Made by a program: the position numbers and the translations under genes. From NCBI GenBank assembly GCA_001662655.1, contig KV460222.1: a stretch of 64,000 nt of DNA, one strand, 5' to 3'. Source of the DNA: Pseudogymnoascus verrucosus (lineage: Eukaryota). The notes beneath the pieces are model-generated. The model did not search any database. It was not told the origin of the DNA and saw only the letters and a list, made by a program, of their open reading frames with translations. This document shows positions 11,589 to 24,714 of this stretch, piece after piece (the stretch's first letter is position 1; each line of letters opens with the position of its first letter).

Positions 11589-14068
11589 CTACGCCTCGTG
11601 CGTCTCTCCTGGTGCCTGATTCGCCGGTTGCGCCGCGGAGAACGGTGTGGCGGATTTCGCGTCATCAGGAGCACCACCGGCACCATCAGCAACAGCAGCA
11701 GGAGCAGTTGTGGTAGTAGCAGGATCAGAAACAGCAGCTGAATCAAGATCAGCAGCACCAGGATCAGCAGCACCACTACCACCCGGCGCGGCCCTCCCGC
11801 CCGTCTTGGCTGAATCCCACGCGCTCACCCGTCTGTTGAGGTACACCAGCGTGCTCTCACTCACACCCCTTATCCGCGCGACTTCCTCGCGGTACGCTTT
11901 GTCGTAGATGTTGAACTCGGCTGCGGCGGGGGACTGGGCGATGCTGTCGCTGTCCGTGTCGGGGTGGTCAGCGTGGCCTGAGCCAACGCGGAGGTAGAGA
12001 GGTGCTTCGTCGAGGGGGTCGTGGGCCTGGCCGCGGCCGGAGGGGGAGGGTAGGGGGGAGGGAGTGGTGGTTGTGGTGGTAGTGAAGGTTGGCGGGGGGG
12101 AGGTGCGGGATTTGTTGTTGTTGTCATTGTTGTTGGCATGCGGGGCGGCGGAGTCTAGGGGGTTGGAGGTGGACGAGGTTTCGGTCGCCTGGCCCGGCTC
12201 GGATGTCACGGCGTCGGGTAGGTCGTGTTCGTCTGGAAAGCTCTTTGTGCTTGTGATAGTAGAGAAGTGGTCTTGACGTTTGGATTTCGTCCGTTGAGCC
12301 CCATGCTTCGCTTCGAAATCCGACTCGTGCATTTGTGCGGGCGGCTGAAACAGTTGTTTGTGTCCGCCGAAGAGGGTCCCTGCCCGCTCGGGGTGCTTCT
12401 TGTACAACAGGCTCTTGAACTTGTTGACCGCTTTCATCTGGGTAGGAGTTAGTGGTTGAAAATTTTCATGTTGCATATGGGAAGACGTACGACGATGAGG
12501 AGACCTCCGATGTTGGAGGTGATGGCATGATTCATCTCAATCTGTGTCGGAGGCTCGAGAAGGTCCGAAACATTCTCTTCCTTGGACAGGAGAGGGTCAG
12601 TGCCATCTTTTGTCACCCAAGGGTGTTCCTAAAGCCGTCAGTAAGTCCCACGTAAACCAGAAAAGAATCTTACCCTGAGCTCGTCCATAGTTATCCTCTT
12701 CTTTGCGTCCTTCTCGAGGATGCGATGAATCAGGTCGACAAAGTTCGGATCATCAACTTGTGTGCAATCGACCTCATCATTCTTGATGGCCTCGTACAAC
12801 TCCAGAATGCCAGTCTTCTCGAATGGTATATGCCCAAAACGTAAGCAATATAACGAGATTCCCATCGACCAGATATCTGCTGCTCGACCCGAGACATCGC
12901 CATGCTTCACTACACAAAGCTCCGGAGGCAGAAATGCAGGAGACCCAGCTGATTTGGCTGTCATCATTTCCGGATCCTTCTCGAACATCTCCGAAACACC
13001 AAAATCCACAACCTTCAACACGTCGTCTGCCGTGAGGAGGAGGTTATCTGGCTTGATATCCCGGTGGGCAATTCCCTGCGCGTGAACTTTTGAATGTTAG
13101 TAATATTCGAGACATGTGAACCGCTGTAGACTTACGAAACTCGATGCCCAATATCATATCCCGGAACCAGTACCTGCAGCTCTCCCCGTCGTAAGGATCT
13201 GCCCTTTCTCCCAGCCCAACTTTCATTATGACCCCCTTTTTGCACATCTCCAGCACCATGTAAAGGGAATCTTCCTCAGGATCATCCAGAACCTCAATCA
13301 AGGACACGAGATTTGGGTGATGGAGCTGCTTCATGATGGCAATCTCTTCCTTGATCAGATGCAGTGAGCCTTCCGGTCCATCACCTCCAATGCCTGGCAT
13401 GGGATTATGGTGAAGAGGGGAATTAAGACCGCTGCCTGTAGGCGACTTGCCAGAGCGGAATGCGGCATGGGGGCGGCGGAGAAAGTTGGATCTCGCACGC
13501 CTTCTTAACCTGGACTTTGAGAACTCCTTGACTGCCTGTAGACATTTAGTTTTGAGCATGAAACCGCAGACATCTGTTGAAACTAACATATTCGTTTCCA
13601 TACTGGTCAGCAGCAAGGTGCACTGAGCCAAAAGACCCGCGCCCAATCTCCTCCCCAATAATATACTGGTTGATGTGGTGCTGGGATTTCCCATCATCTT
13701 CACTGTTTTTGTACTCTGACCGAGCGTTGGGTGTCTCCTGAAACGATGTTATTATAATCACAGATAAATGCGCGCTGGCCTACTTACCTTGACCGGCTGG
13801 TGCATAGAAGGAGTTCGTTGATGCTGCCTTAACGGGCTTTGGTACCCAGACATTGGCACCTTGCTATTATACCATCAGCATAAGAATATAATAATAATTA
13901 TAGTAGACAAATGTACCTGCTATTACTTAAAAACCTGGGCTGCGCTTGCTGCGCCAGGGGGACCGGTTGCGCATATTCATCTTCCCCAGAGCATTGTGTT
14001 TGCTTATTCGCTGGCTCGACCTGATCTACGATATGAGCCCCGCCTTCTGAGGCTGAACGAGGCTCCAT
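11589..14068 (-). CDS. Calcium/calmodulin-dependent protein kinase kinase (CaMKK/Ssp1-like), multi-exon
   Basis: INQYIIGEEIGRGSFGSVHL, EEIAIMKQLHHPNLVSLIEVLDDPEEDSLYMVLE, VVDFGVSEMF, AGSPAFLPPEL spread over several ORFs. Proposed ATG 14068 (MEPRSASEG...) is in frame up to a GTACAT donor near 13916; Ala/Thr-rich tail. Confidence 0.85.
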
Positions 14069-14512
14069 CTTGGCCTTCTACGCCAACGGGTTTTGAGAGA
14101 GGATATACAATATATACTCAGTAAGTTCTGAGACAGTAAATGCGTAGGACCGTCGTAGTCAACAACGCGACATGAGAGGCGACGCGGTTGCAGTGCTCAA
14201 GATCGAAAGCTGAAAACCCCCCATGCCGCCCTGGCTAACGCTACTGCCATGTGGGGGTTTGGGCTTCACATGGGATAATTTGGTTGATCAAAGTTACTCC
14301 GCTCCCGACTTCCGGCCAGGGTATTGTTCCGGGCGAAGCGAAAAGCTTGACCATGCTAGCGCGAGGGCCATGGAGGTGGCCCACTCTCCGCAGGGCCAAC
14401 GACGATGTGGAGGGTACTGTTTGCGCCTTGTTGGCCCGTGATAATACCAATTGACCCATTACGAGGAGTCCATGGATCTTAGCCCGCATCCAGCTTTGAG
14501 GACTGCGGAATC

Positions 14513-15201
14513 ATGGTAGTTTACTCCTTCTACATCTTCGATAGGCATAGTGAGTTCATATCCCTTTCGACGGCGGGCTCCTGGATACTGACTCAGTGGC
14601 AGCGGAGTGCATCTACAGCAAGCTCTGGGCGAGGCAAGACAACCCCAGCTCCATTGCTGGTCCGGGACATACGAAGGGAAGGCCCGTCTCAGACTCCAGC
14701 AGCATAAGCAACGATGTTACGGTAGACCTGGGTCCTGCCCGAGCTCGGCCAGCTCGGCTAAGCGCGAAAGACGATGCGAAACTTATCTTTGGAACAATAT
14801 TCTCTTTGCGCAATATGGTTAGGAAGCTGGGAGGCGAAGATGACAGGTTAGAGCACCTGCAGCTGTACTGTCTCATTGGCTTTACTAATACGATTCCGTT
14901 CAGCTTCATATCGTACCGGACGGGGCAATATAAACTCCACTACTACGAAACGCCGACGAGTATCAAGTTTGTGATGCTCACCGATACACAAAGTCTCAAT
15001 ATGCGGAATGTTCTTCATCAAATATATGTGAACCTCTACGTGGAATTCGGTATTGCTATCCAGTCATAAGTTGTGGATTCATTACTAATACATACAGTGG
15101 TGAAAAACCCCCTCTCTCCGGTAGAGCACCCAGGAGGCGATGGAGTCGCGAACGAATTGTTTGAATTGGCATTAGATCAATTTGTAAAGGGCGTATTATA
15201 G
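14513..15201 (+). CDS. BET5: TRAPP complex subunit Bet5 (TRAPPC1, sybindin/longin fold)
   Basis: MVVYSFYIFDRH/ECIY, DDAKLIFGTIFSLRNMVRKL, YRTGQYKLHYYETPTSIKFVMLTD, YVNLYVEF/VVKNPLSP; three introns; stop TAG 15199-15201. Confidence 0.92.
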
Positions 15202-15366
15202 AATATAACGCATACAAGTTTCACGTGTGCTTGGCCTTACAGTGAACAAAAATAGTGCTTGCTCTTTAAATGGCAACCGCTTTATTCTGTAATGTATGAT
15301 CGTATATGTTTGGATGACTTCGTGATATATAATTACATGTTTACTAGTGATACCCCTTTCCTTTAC

Positions 15367-17073
15367 TTATTTAGCAGATTCAAAAACCCCTCCACTAGAC
15401 TCCGTCGCTTTACCCCAGGCACTTTCGAATGCGCTAGCCTCCCCAATATCGACAATGCTGCTTCCCAAAATACCAGACTCCGCCTGGTCACTTGCTCCAT
15501 TTGACTCCTTTGCCTTTCCGTTCTTAACGGCACCCTCGTCACCCATTGGCGTTATTTCGTTCTCCCAGTTACTAGAATATACAACAGCCGCGAAGGCCTC
15601 GAGATCCCCCACCATCTCCATAGCTTGGAGGTAGTCGTTGGGAACGCCATTGCCAATTTGGTGAGCTTGGCGCGTGAGGGTTGCAAGGACGATTGGTAGC
15701 TTCATTGGCTTTGGGTCGAATATTTCTTGGATTCTTGGCTCTGAGTTAGGGTCGCTCGGTGGGGCAGGCACTTTGAATGCTTGCTGGGCGACCTTCTGGT
15801 CCACCAAGGTGGAAAATCCAGCATCGAGGAGAAGCGTGAGGACGTATGTAAATGGCGGGGAGTCAATGAGATCTGACGTTTCATCTAATAAGCGTCGAAG
15901 AGGGCTGGCATTTGAGGAAGCGAGGGTGGTAGATTCAGGCGATTCAGCTGACATTCCCGACTGTTGAAGGACGTAATCCTCTTGGTCCCGGGATGGCAGA
16001 AGATACTGGAGCCATCTGGTGGACTGGCGATCGGCCTCGGTGGCGCCCTCAACTCTCTTTCGGACTTCGAGGGTCAGCTCGGAGAACCGGCCTAGAGAGA
16101 GGTCATCCCTCGGGCTTAATGGGCCGAACACATCTTGAACTGCATCCTGGACTTTGAACATGACCTCTCTCCATCCTCGGTGTAGCAGCCACCAGGAGAA
16201 CGTCAGATATCTCCTGTTGGTCTCGAAGTCATTGCCGTACGCCTGGTCTGTATTATCGTCGTCGTTGTTCTCAAGGTTGATAAATGAATCTTGGAGTCCG
16301 CCCGTAGCTAACGAGACGACGCTAGAGAGGTAACTGCGGCGTCCCAGCAAGTTAAGCTGGATGCGAGTGAGGAGTGTAAGAAGTGCCAATGTGTAAATGA
16401 GAGTGAAGGCTCTGGTGATAGCTTTAAGAAATAGTTAGTAACCAGTAAATCATCGAATTCCCAATAGTTCTTACCGCTGATTTTCAAGTCATTCCATAGT
16501 TGCAACTTCGACTTCCTTGATTTCTGTGCCGTCGGTGCTGGTTGGGCGCTATCTTGGGGAGCTTTCTCATCCGTTGTGGTGGGAGGAAGGGAGGCCTGGC
16601 TTGCATGGACTCCGCTCTCACTGAGTTGGCTGATATTACTTCTTCCGTCATCGTCTGTCACGGATGGTGGGGTTGAGCCCAGGTCCGATGGTCGGTCCTC
16701 CCTTGCCAATTTCGAGGCCTTCTGTTCCTGCAGGGCGAAAGTGATCCGCTCGGTTTCTAGCTCAGCCATAATATTATCCGTTGCTGTCGGGAGAAGTGCG
16801 AGTATGGTAAATGTACAGTCTTCTTGATTCTGTTGGAACCTCCTCCGAAGGCTAGCCACACGCGATCAGCTACTGTTCCTGCCGAAGGGGGGGACTTCCA
16901 GGGCATAAAACTCACTTCTCCTTTGCTATGCGATCACTGCTCATGCGCTCGCGCGCATCCGACAGCTTCCCCATTACATATTGCGCGGCCATATATCCAG
17001 CGCCCAAGACGCCGACCCCAATCGCGATTGGGGTTCGGTTTCGGCGAAACCATCGTCGTGTTGCGGATATCAT
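15367..17073 (-). CDS. PEX3: Peroxin Pex3
   Basis: N-terminus MISATRRWFRRNRTPIAIGVGVLGAGY; LRRRFQQNQEDCTFT, KLQLWNDLKI, LLTRIQLNLLGRRSY, YLTFSWWLLHRGW; two introns. Confidence 0.93.
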
Positions 17074-17594
17074 GGCTCAAATCTGGGAGCCACCAGTGCG
17101 GCCCTTCTACATGAGAAACTGAAGAATAAAAAATAAGACACCTTCCGAATATAATATGAGTATAATGGCAGCCGAGGTATGATCACTTCGTTGACGACAG
17201 TCGTAGCATATTGGGGAACAGGTACACTTGCGAATCACGGTTGCTTTGGTTGTCCCTCGGCTCGCTTGGCTGTATTGCCATGGGGGAACACTTTAGTGGA
17301 TCAGAAGCAGTAAGGCGTGGTCTGGACGGATTTAAGTTTATCCTTGGGTGGCTAGATGATTCCCCGTGACGGTCTGGGTGGTTTGAAGCTTGGACCATCC
17401 ATGTCATTGTCTTACGGAGACCCGCAAATAGACGATGACATTACCCCTCCACTCGCGATATGGCCATGCAGCGATAGATAGGAACGGTGAGGAAGCTAGA
17501 CGTCTGGGGAAGCTCCCGTCTCTAACATCCTTCGCCACATAGGAAACCCAAATTTAAGTCGATCAAAGACGGCGACTGCTTTGGTCTTCTTGTC

Positions 17595-18278
17595 ATGGAG
17601 CAACGACGGCCGCCAGAGTACATTTTGGAAGTCTTCGCAGACCCATCGTCTGTGAAGGACGTTGTAAAAGGTATGTGGCGCTCCAGTACTTGCGCAAACA
17701 CTCTACTTATCATCTGTCAGGCATTTTACACACTATCTTCTTCCACCGATTCTTCCCCTCTGTGCGACCCAGGACCCACGATGTCCTTGACCTGACGCTG
17801 CCGGTCGTGGGGGATGCGGAGCTGGAGACATTGATTGAGCAAAAGACCTCTTCTCTTATACGCCAGCTCGATACTACCTCGGACCTGGGGTCCAGAAGTT
17901 CGGGTGTTCGCGGCCAAATTGCCGTCCAGTTCTTCGAGAAGCGGCGGAGGAAGGCATGGTTCACCAAAGGGGAGGAAGAGGTGTGCTGGGAACAGTGGAC
18001 CCTAGATGTCACTCTGGCCATCCCACGAACAGAGAGTGGTGAGTTTACTTCTTTCTTGTCAGAAGCAGGACTATGCTGACTATAAACCAGAGCGAGCAAA
18101 GGTTCGGAAGGCGATGGAGACGATGCTGCTGAAGACAGCCATGAAGATCGTGACTACGGTAAACCGAGAGAAAGACCATATCCCCCCGATCACCACGAGT
18201 GAGGCAAATCCGTTTCCATACCAAATAAGTACGAATCCAAAGGGTGACGGATGGGGAGCTAGGATCGGGATTTTCTAA
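17595..18278 (+). CDS. ATG101: Autophagy-related protein 101 (HORMA domain)
   Basis: ILHTIFFHRFF, GQIAVQFFEKRRRKAWF (WF finger), EEVCWEQW, HIPPIT..PFPYQI; two introns. Confidence 0.88.
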
Positions 18279-19268
18279 AATATGAGGCGTGGGATGGCGT
18301 TCATGGGAATCAGAAGTTGGGCGTATGTTTTTGCGGGGAATATGGGAATATGGGAAATGAGCGACATAGAGTATGATACCCAGTTAAACAAATGCTATAT
18401 CTCTGGCTGGGATATGACTGGTGCTGTATACTCATATGAGTAACACATGCGAACATGTGCCTGGTTGCATGGCGAGCTACCCCAGGATCATGCCGCCACG
18501 ACTTCTCCCGAGCACTTGTTTTGTTGCCTGCCGAGAAAATAACAGAATAACAAATATGGCCTAGAAGCAATAGAAGGAAGTTGTTTGGACAGGCTCAGCC
18601 TTGCAACGAATATACAACTAATATACAACTAATAGTAATTATGGAAAAACAAAGTCAATGGAGTAGCTGGCTGCTTTTAGCCTGGTGCAGTTGTTTATAG
18701 CACGCCATCAAATTGCCCCCAATAAGAATGCCGGTGAATGTCGCGGGGTATATCGGGTGGGGGTTTTTGCCAGTTGGCTTTCGGAGTAATAGATTATGGG
18801 CGGCGAATCAAGCCTTCGTCTATATAATAACATGGCTGCCCTCGTGCTTCATATCTTCTTCTGGAGTATATTCTATAAATCTATATTCAGTTATATCGGC
18901 TGCGCTACTACGGAAAGGTCATAATTGTTTTACCCGGGTACTTTGATCTCAATTGGAGAATACCTGGCAGTACTTGTTCTCTTTGTCTAAGCCTTGTTCG
19001 TAGTTTTTATCACGTGCTTCGGCGAGCGAAAGGCTGAAGGGTTTTTGCAAACTATCTGTTATCTATTGGTCAGAGTATCAGAGTAGTAGATAAGAGTCAG
19101 CCTCGCCCAATTTTCCCCCGCCCCACAGCGATTATCGGCGTGCTACGTACTACGAGGTAAGCATTTTGCCTCTAATGGACCGGTAGCGTTCCTTGGGCTT
19201 GTTTCTCCCGCCAAAAGCTAGAAACTAACATTGTATTTGACCCTGCAGTCATATGGTCTCTGTGAAGG

Positions 19269-21015
19269 ATGAGTCCGTCACTTCTCGAGAACGAGGACGG
19301 GTTGAGAACCGTCTCTCTGACCACATGTCACTCTCCAATTAAGAACAATAGTCGTGGGGGATGGATTGTCCAGAAATTTGGCGGGACCAGCGTCGGCAAG
19401 CTTCCATTCAACATCGCCGAAGACATTATACGGTAAGTTGGCATTGCGCATTCGACGACCACGACCTTTTCTAACTCTGGATTAATAGGGCAAATCTGAA
19501 AGGCAACCGCGTTGCTGTCGTATGTTCTGCTCGGAGCACAGGAAAAAAGGTCGAGGGCACCACAAGTCGGTGAGTCATTAACCACTGCCCTTCCAATGCA
19601 GTGTTTCTAACATATCGAAGCCTCCTAGAAGTGTACAGCGTTCTTGAATCGGTCGCCACTGTTAAAGACACAGAATCAGTTCATTACGACAGTCTTGTCC
19701 AGGAATATAAACGGCTCGTTCAAATCATCCAAAACGACCATGTGCATGCGGCCGAGACAAGCATCCGGGATCTTAAGATCAGGAATGCGCTCTCCACAGA
19801 GATCATAAGCGAATGCAAGGAAATACTCGACTACAGGCTTGCTGCGCAGAGATGGCACTTGGAGATTGACTCGAGGTCGAAAGACAGGATTGTCAGCTAC
19901 GGCGAGAAATTGAGTTGCCGATTCATGACGGCTCTACTGCGTGACAGAGGCGTTGACGCCGAATATGTCGATTTATCAGATGTCATCAATTTCAAGTCGC
20001 CTGGAGGGATTAACCAGGAATTCTACGATTCGCTGGCGGAGGCTCTCACGGCGCGAGTACTAGCATGCGAAGACAGAGTCCCAGTCCTGACGGGGTTCTT
20101 CGGCACCGTGCCTGGTGGACTTATGGACGGCGAAATCGGCAGAGGCTATACCGATCTCTGCGCAGCATTGGTGGCTGTGGGGCTGAAGGCGGAAGAGCTT
20201 CAGGTGTGGAAAGAAGTCGACGGCATCTTCACCGCCGACCCCAATAAGGTGCCCACCGCGCGGCTGCTCACCACAATTACGCCTGCAGAAGCTGCAGAGT
20301 TGACATTCTACGGATCCGAGGTTATCCATCACCTTACTATGGACCAAGTTATCCACGCTCAGCCACCCATCAGAATCCGCATAAAGAATGTCAAGAACCC
20401 AAGAGGAAATGGCACAATCGTCCTCCCAGACCCCGTACTGGCGCCGGGTCAGCAGCTCATCCGCACAAGAAGTGTGAGCATTCCAGGCGCCAGGAAGACG
20501 CCAAAGAGGCCTACGGCTGTTACTATCAAGAACCAAATCGCTGTTATCAACGTACACTCGAATAAGCGATCTATCTCTCATGGATTCTTTGCAAAGGTCT
20601 TCTCCATACTGGACAAGCTACGACTTTCCGTCGATCTCATCTCAACGAGTGAGGTTCATGTCTCTATGGCTGTTCACTCGGTTTCCGAGGACGATTTACT
20701 GAGGGCGAGGAGAGCATTGGAGGACTGTGGTGAGGTCAGTATTTTGACCAAGATGGCGATTCTGAGTCTTGTCGGAGCCGAGATGAAGAATATGATCGGT
20801 GTAGCCGGGCGTATGTTCTCTACCCTGGGAGAGAACAACGTGAATATCGAAATGATATCGCAAGGTAAGCAAACACTGCAACCATCCATATCTCGACTGT
20901 GCTAATAATATCTTTAGGAGCTAGCGAGATAAATATATCCTGTGTGGTCGAGGCGTTCGAAGCAAATCGCGCGATGAACATCCTGCACACAAACCTTTTT
21001 ACATTTTTAGAATAA
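19269..21015 (+). CDS. HOM3: Aspartokinase with C-terminal ACT domains
   Basis: WIVQKFGGTSVGK, SYGEKLS, GRGYTDLCAAL, WKEVDGIFTADP, ELTFYGSEVIH, VDLISTSEVHVS, IEMISQG/ASEINISCV; ATG 19269 is in frame with the KFGG motif; three coding introns. Confidence 0.93.
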
Positions 21016-22369
21016 GTCCTTGATTTGGTATGGGGAATGCATGCAATCTGAGGACAGGGCGTTGAAGGGCTGGGAGTATCGTTTTGTTACATAGTAGTGT
21101 ATCTCTAAGAGGGAGCGATTGTGGAGAACTCCTGCCAAATCCATTGGTAATGCTCGACGTACTGTATTCGTACGAGCATTTACATTTAGCGAGCAAGTTA
21201 TCTAAAGAATTTAAAGTCGGTAGATCATTATCTTATGTCCATGGATTCGTTTCCCTAATCTACTTTGAAGGAAGGGTGGCTGCAGCACAGCATGTTTTCT
21301 GTACGACACCCATATCCGTTAAGAGACAAACATTACCAATGCTAATATCGATAATTGGGAAAGGGCCGAATAACGCTGTGAGACAGACAAAATAACAATA
21401 GCCACCCATCCCGGCTTTGCTTGATAATCCATGATACTTCTTTCTTAATGTGTGTCGGGTTCTCACTGGACAAATGCGCCGCTATATATTGCCTCTTGGG
21501 GTTGAACAGACATGTCTCCTTGGCCAGCAACGTGCATTCCACGAATACGCCAGAATAGCACCATTATCTAACGGCTGCCTGCTTAAGCGTGGGATTCTGC
21601 CTGCCAGGGCTGAATGGACTGCCCGGGTAGTGCAACATAGGCGTCCTCAAAACCACCAACCCTGACGGGATACACAGATGGCTGATGTCCATGCGCAATG
21701 GCACAGGCCATTCGTCAGCCACTGACGCATTGTTTGCCATCTATCCAGATCATCTATATCTTTATCATTGGCGCTTGTAGCCGTTGTACGAGGGTGACAT
21801 AGATTCCCATCTGGCTCTAGTCCGCCATCTTTCATTGAATGGCACTGAGACAGACTCGCTGGCTCCTCTGGCAATATGTCCGAATATTTGAAGCAGTCGA
21901 TCCTTTAAAAACTATTCATCCAATCCACTCGCTTTTTCGAGCCAACTTTACGCTCCGGCTTTTCTGTGGATAGCTTATGCTACACGCACACTTGTGAGAT
22001 GTATAACGCCCAACATTTAACCGCACATCTTCGTATCAATTGCCATGTATAACGTGCCGAGCCTACGTATGTATGACAGGAATATGTGCATGGTGCTCAG
22101 CCGTGTAATACGACGCACAGCGTTTCCTGGTAGACTTCATCCGGTAGCCTTCCATACTCTCATTACCGTCAGGTGCCTCTGACCCCTCTGTCTAGTTTGA
22201 AATATAGCCTTCGTACATCCATGCGTGTAGCTTCATCTTCTATCAACGCAGTTTGGCGCCCGTTTCATGTACTTTTTTTATTCGACGATGCCCCTGAGTG
22301 CTTCAAATTTGGTGACAATACTCTCACATAACCTCTCTTGCGGTCGTCATACCAAGTGTCTGGGAGAAG

Positions 22370-24310
22370 ATGGGTTGGGTTTGTGCCCGATCATCCCAAC
22401 TATAATATTTCTAACTTATCACAGGCCGAAAAAACCAATATGGCGGTAGCGAAGAGTGTAGTCGGCCGGCGATTTAGACTTGAGTTTTCGGGCCACAGGT
22501 TCGAACGAAAGGGAACAAGATTCCTCACGGAAGTAAGAGCCGGGCTCGCTACGTTCTTCGCCATGGCATACATAATCTCTGTGAATGCCGGTATAGTCTC
22601 GCAGACCGGAGGCACATGCGTCTGTACTTCAACGACGGATTCGCTTTGTAAGGATGATCCGCCATATTTGCAGTGCGTTCAGGAGATAAATCTCGACCTT
22701 GTCACCGGAACAGCGGCAATATCAGCAATCAGCAGCTTTGCTATGGGCCTTTTCGCGAACATGCCCATCGCTCTGGCACCTGGGATGGGCATTAACGCCT
22801 ACTTTTCGTACCAAGTGGTTGGTTTCCACGGCGAAGGCTCTGTCTCCTACCAGTTGGCTCTGACAGCTGTATTTGTTGAAGGGTTAATATTTGTTGGGTT
22901 GACCTTGCTGGGAATTCGCCAATGGCTTGCGAGGTCATTGCCTGCGAGCTTGAAGATTGCTGGCGGAGCTGGAATTGGCCTGTATTTGGCACTGATTGGA
23001 TTAACATATGAGGCTGGAATAGGGGCAATAACAGGAGGAACAGCGGATCCGCTACAACTCGCAGGCTGTGTCCCTAAACTGCGTGACGCTGTCACTGGTG
23101 TCTGTACTGGAGAGAAAATGCGAAATCCAACTATGTGGCTTGGTATCTTCTGTGGGGGATTATTTACGGCCTTTTTAATGATGTACCGAGTCAAGGGAGC
23201 TCTTTGCTTCGGAATCCTGCTCGTATCAATCATTTCTTGGCCACGAAACACCGCCGTGACAGCTTTTCCAGATACAGAACTGGGCAACTTGAGTTTCGAC
23301 TATTTCAAGAAGGTTGTCTCATTTCGACCTCTCAAGCATATCTTAGCCGTGCAAGACTGGCACAACGGGGGGGGACAAACTAAAGACTTTATGGTGGCGT
23401 TAATGACTTTCCTCTATGTGGATATCTTGGATTGCACGGGAACCCTATATTCTATGGCTAGATTCTGTGGCGCAATTGACGAAGATACACAAGATTTCGA
23501 AGGATCCGCGGTGGCATATCTCGTTGATGCTTCGAGCATTTCGATAGGGTCACTATTGGGGATTCCGCCGGTGACCGCATACATCGAGTCTGGGGCTGGT
23601 GTATCTGAGGGAGGAGCTACCGGGATGACTGCCTGCATAACCGGACTTTGCTTTTTTATCTCCTTGTTTTTTGCACCTATTTTTGCCAGCATACCCTCGT
23701 GGGCAACAGGTTGTACTCTGATGCTTGTGGGGGCGATGATGACACGCGCTGCTGTTGATATAAACTGGCGATATATTGGGGACTCTGTGCCCGCCTTCTT
23801 GACAATGGCAATTATGCCATTTACTTATTCCATTGCTTATGGATTGATAGTGTTAGTCACGTCCATTTTCAAACTCCACGGCCTTTGATACTGACAAATG
23901 ATAGCGGAATTATCAGCTATATCATACTTAACGGTTCTGCTTGGATATTAAGCTGGGTGACTAATGGCGGCATCGTTCCTTACGATTATGATCAGTCTGA
24001 CTATTGGAGTCCAAGGCCTGTTGGTGGCATCCTTCCAGGTTGGCTCAAGCGGCTTGCACGGGGGAAACGGGACTTCTGGAGAGAGTATGACTACGATGAC
24101 CAAATAGAGCAGGGCAACAGACACCATGATAGCTTCCCCACAAGCGACCAATACACGGTCTCCGAGTCACTCGAACGAAAGGCCAGTGCTTCCGGCGCTT
24201 CGGGGGTGGTAGAAACTGACCTCAGCACGCCCGCCATGGCTCGACTTCGTGATAGTATTACTATTGCCACGAAACCAGTAACTGGGTCATCCGTTTCTGA
24301 GAAGTATTGA
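22370..24310 (+). CDS. AzgA-like purine permease (NCS2/xanthine-uracil permease family)
   Basis: EVRAGLATFFAMAYIISVN, ANMPIALAPGMGINAYF, DILDCTGTL, PVTAYIESGAGVSEGGATG, PFTYSIAYG; 9-nt first exon MGW, intron 22379-22424; second intron near 23852-23904. Confidence 0.88.
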
Positions 24311-24714
24311 GAGCTCGTAGGGGTAGAAGTAGATAAACGCACCTTGTAGTAATTCAATGGCCGTTATTTAGTGCCAGCCAGAACAATCTTCATATAATTT
24401 GACAAGGGACAGAGTCATTATGCATCGTATAGTAGCGCCCTAGCGTCAGTGAGGTCTTAATTGTATGGAATGACATTGTGAGAAAAGGATCTCGGAATAA
24501 TAATGGGCCGGCGTGAAACAACCCAGCAGGGTGTATCGTTACCTTGCCCTGTAACATCGAGGTGAAGTTCCAGCCCCATGCATGGCGCTTATTGCTGTAA
24601 AGGCGATGGGACACCGCCTCAAGCCTCGTCAACGAACTAAAATTGCCATCGACTCATGGAAGTATAGCTATTTTGTTGTCCAAGTAATTTGCAGTCGTGC
24701 AAATTACTTGTGTA

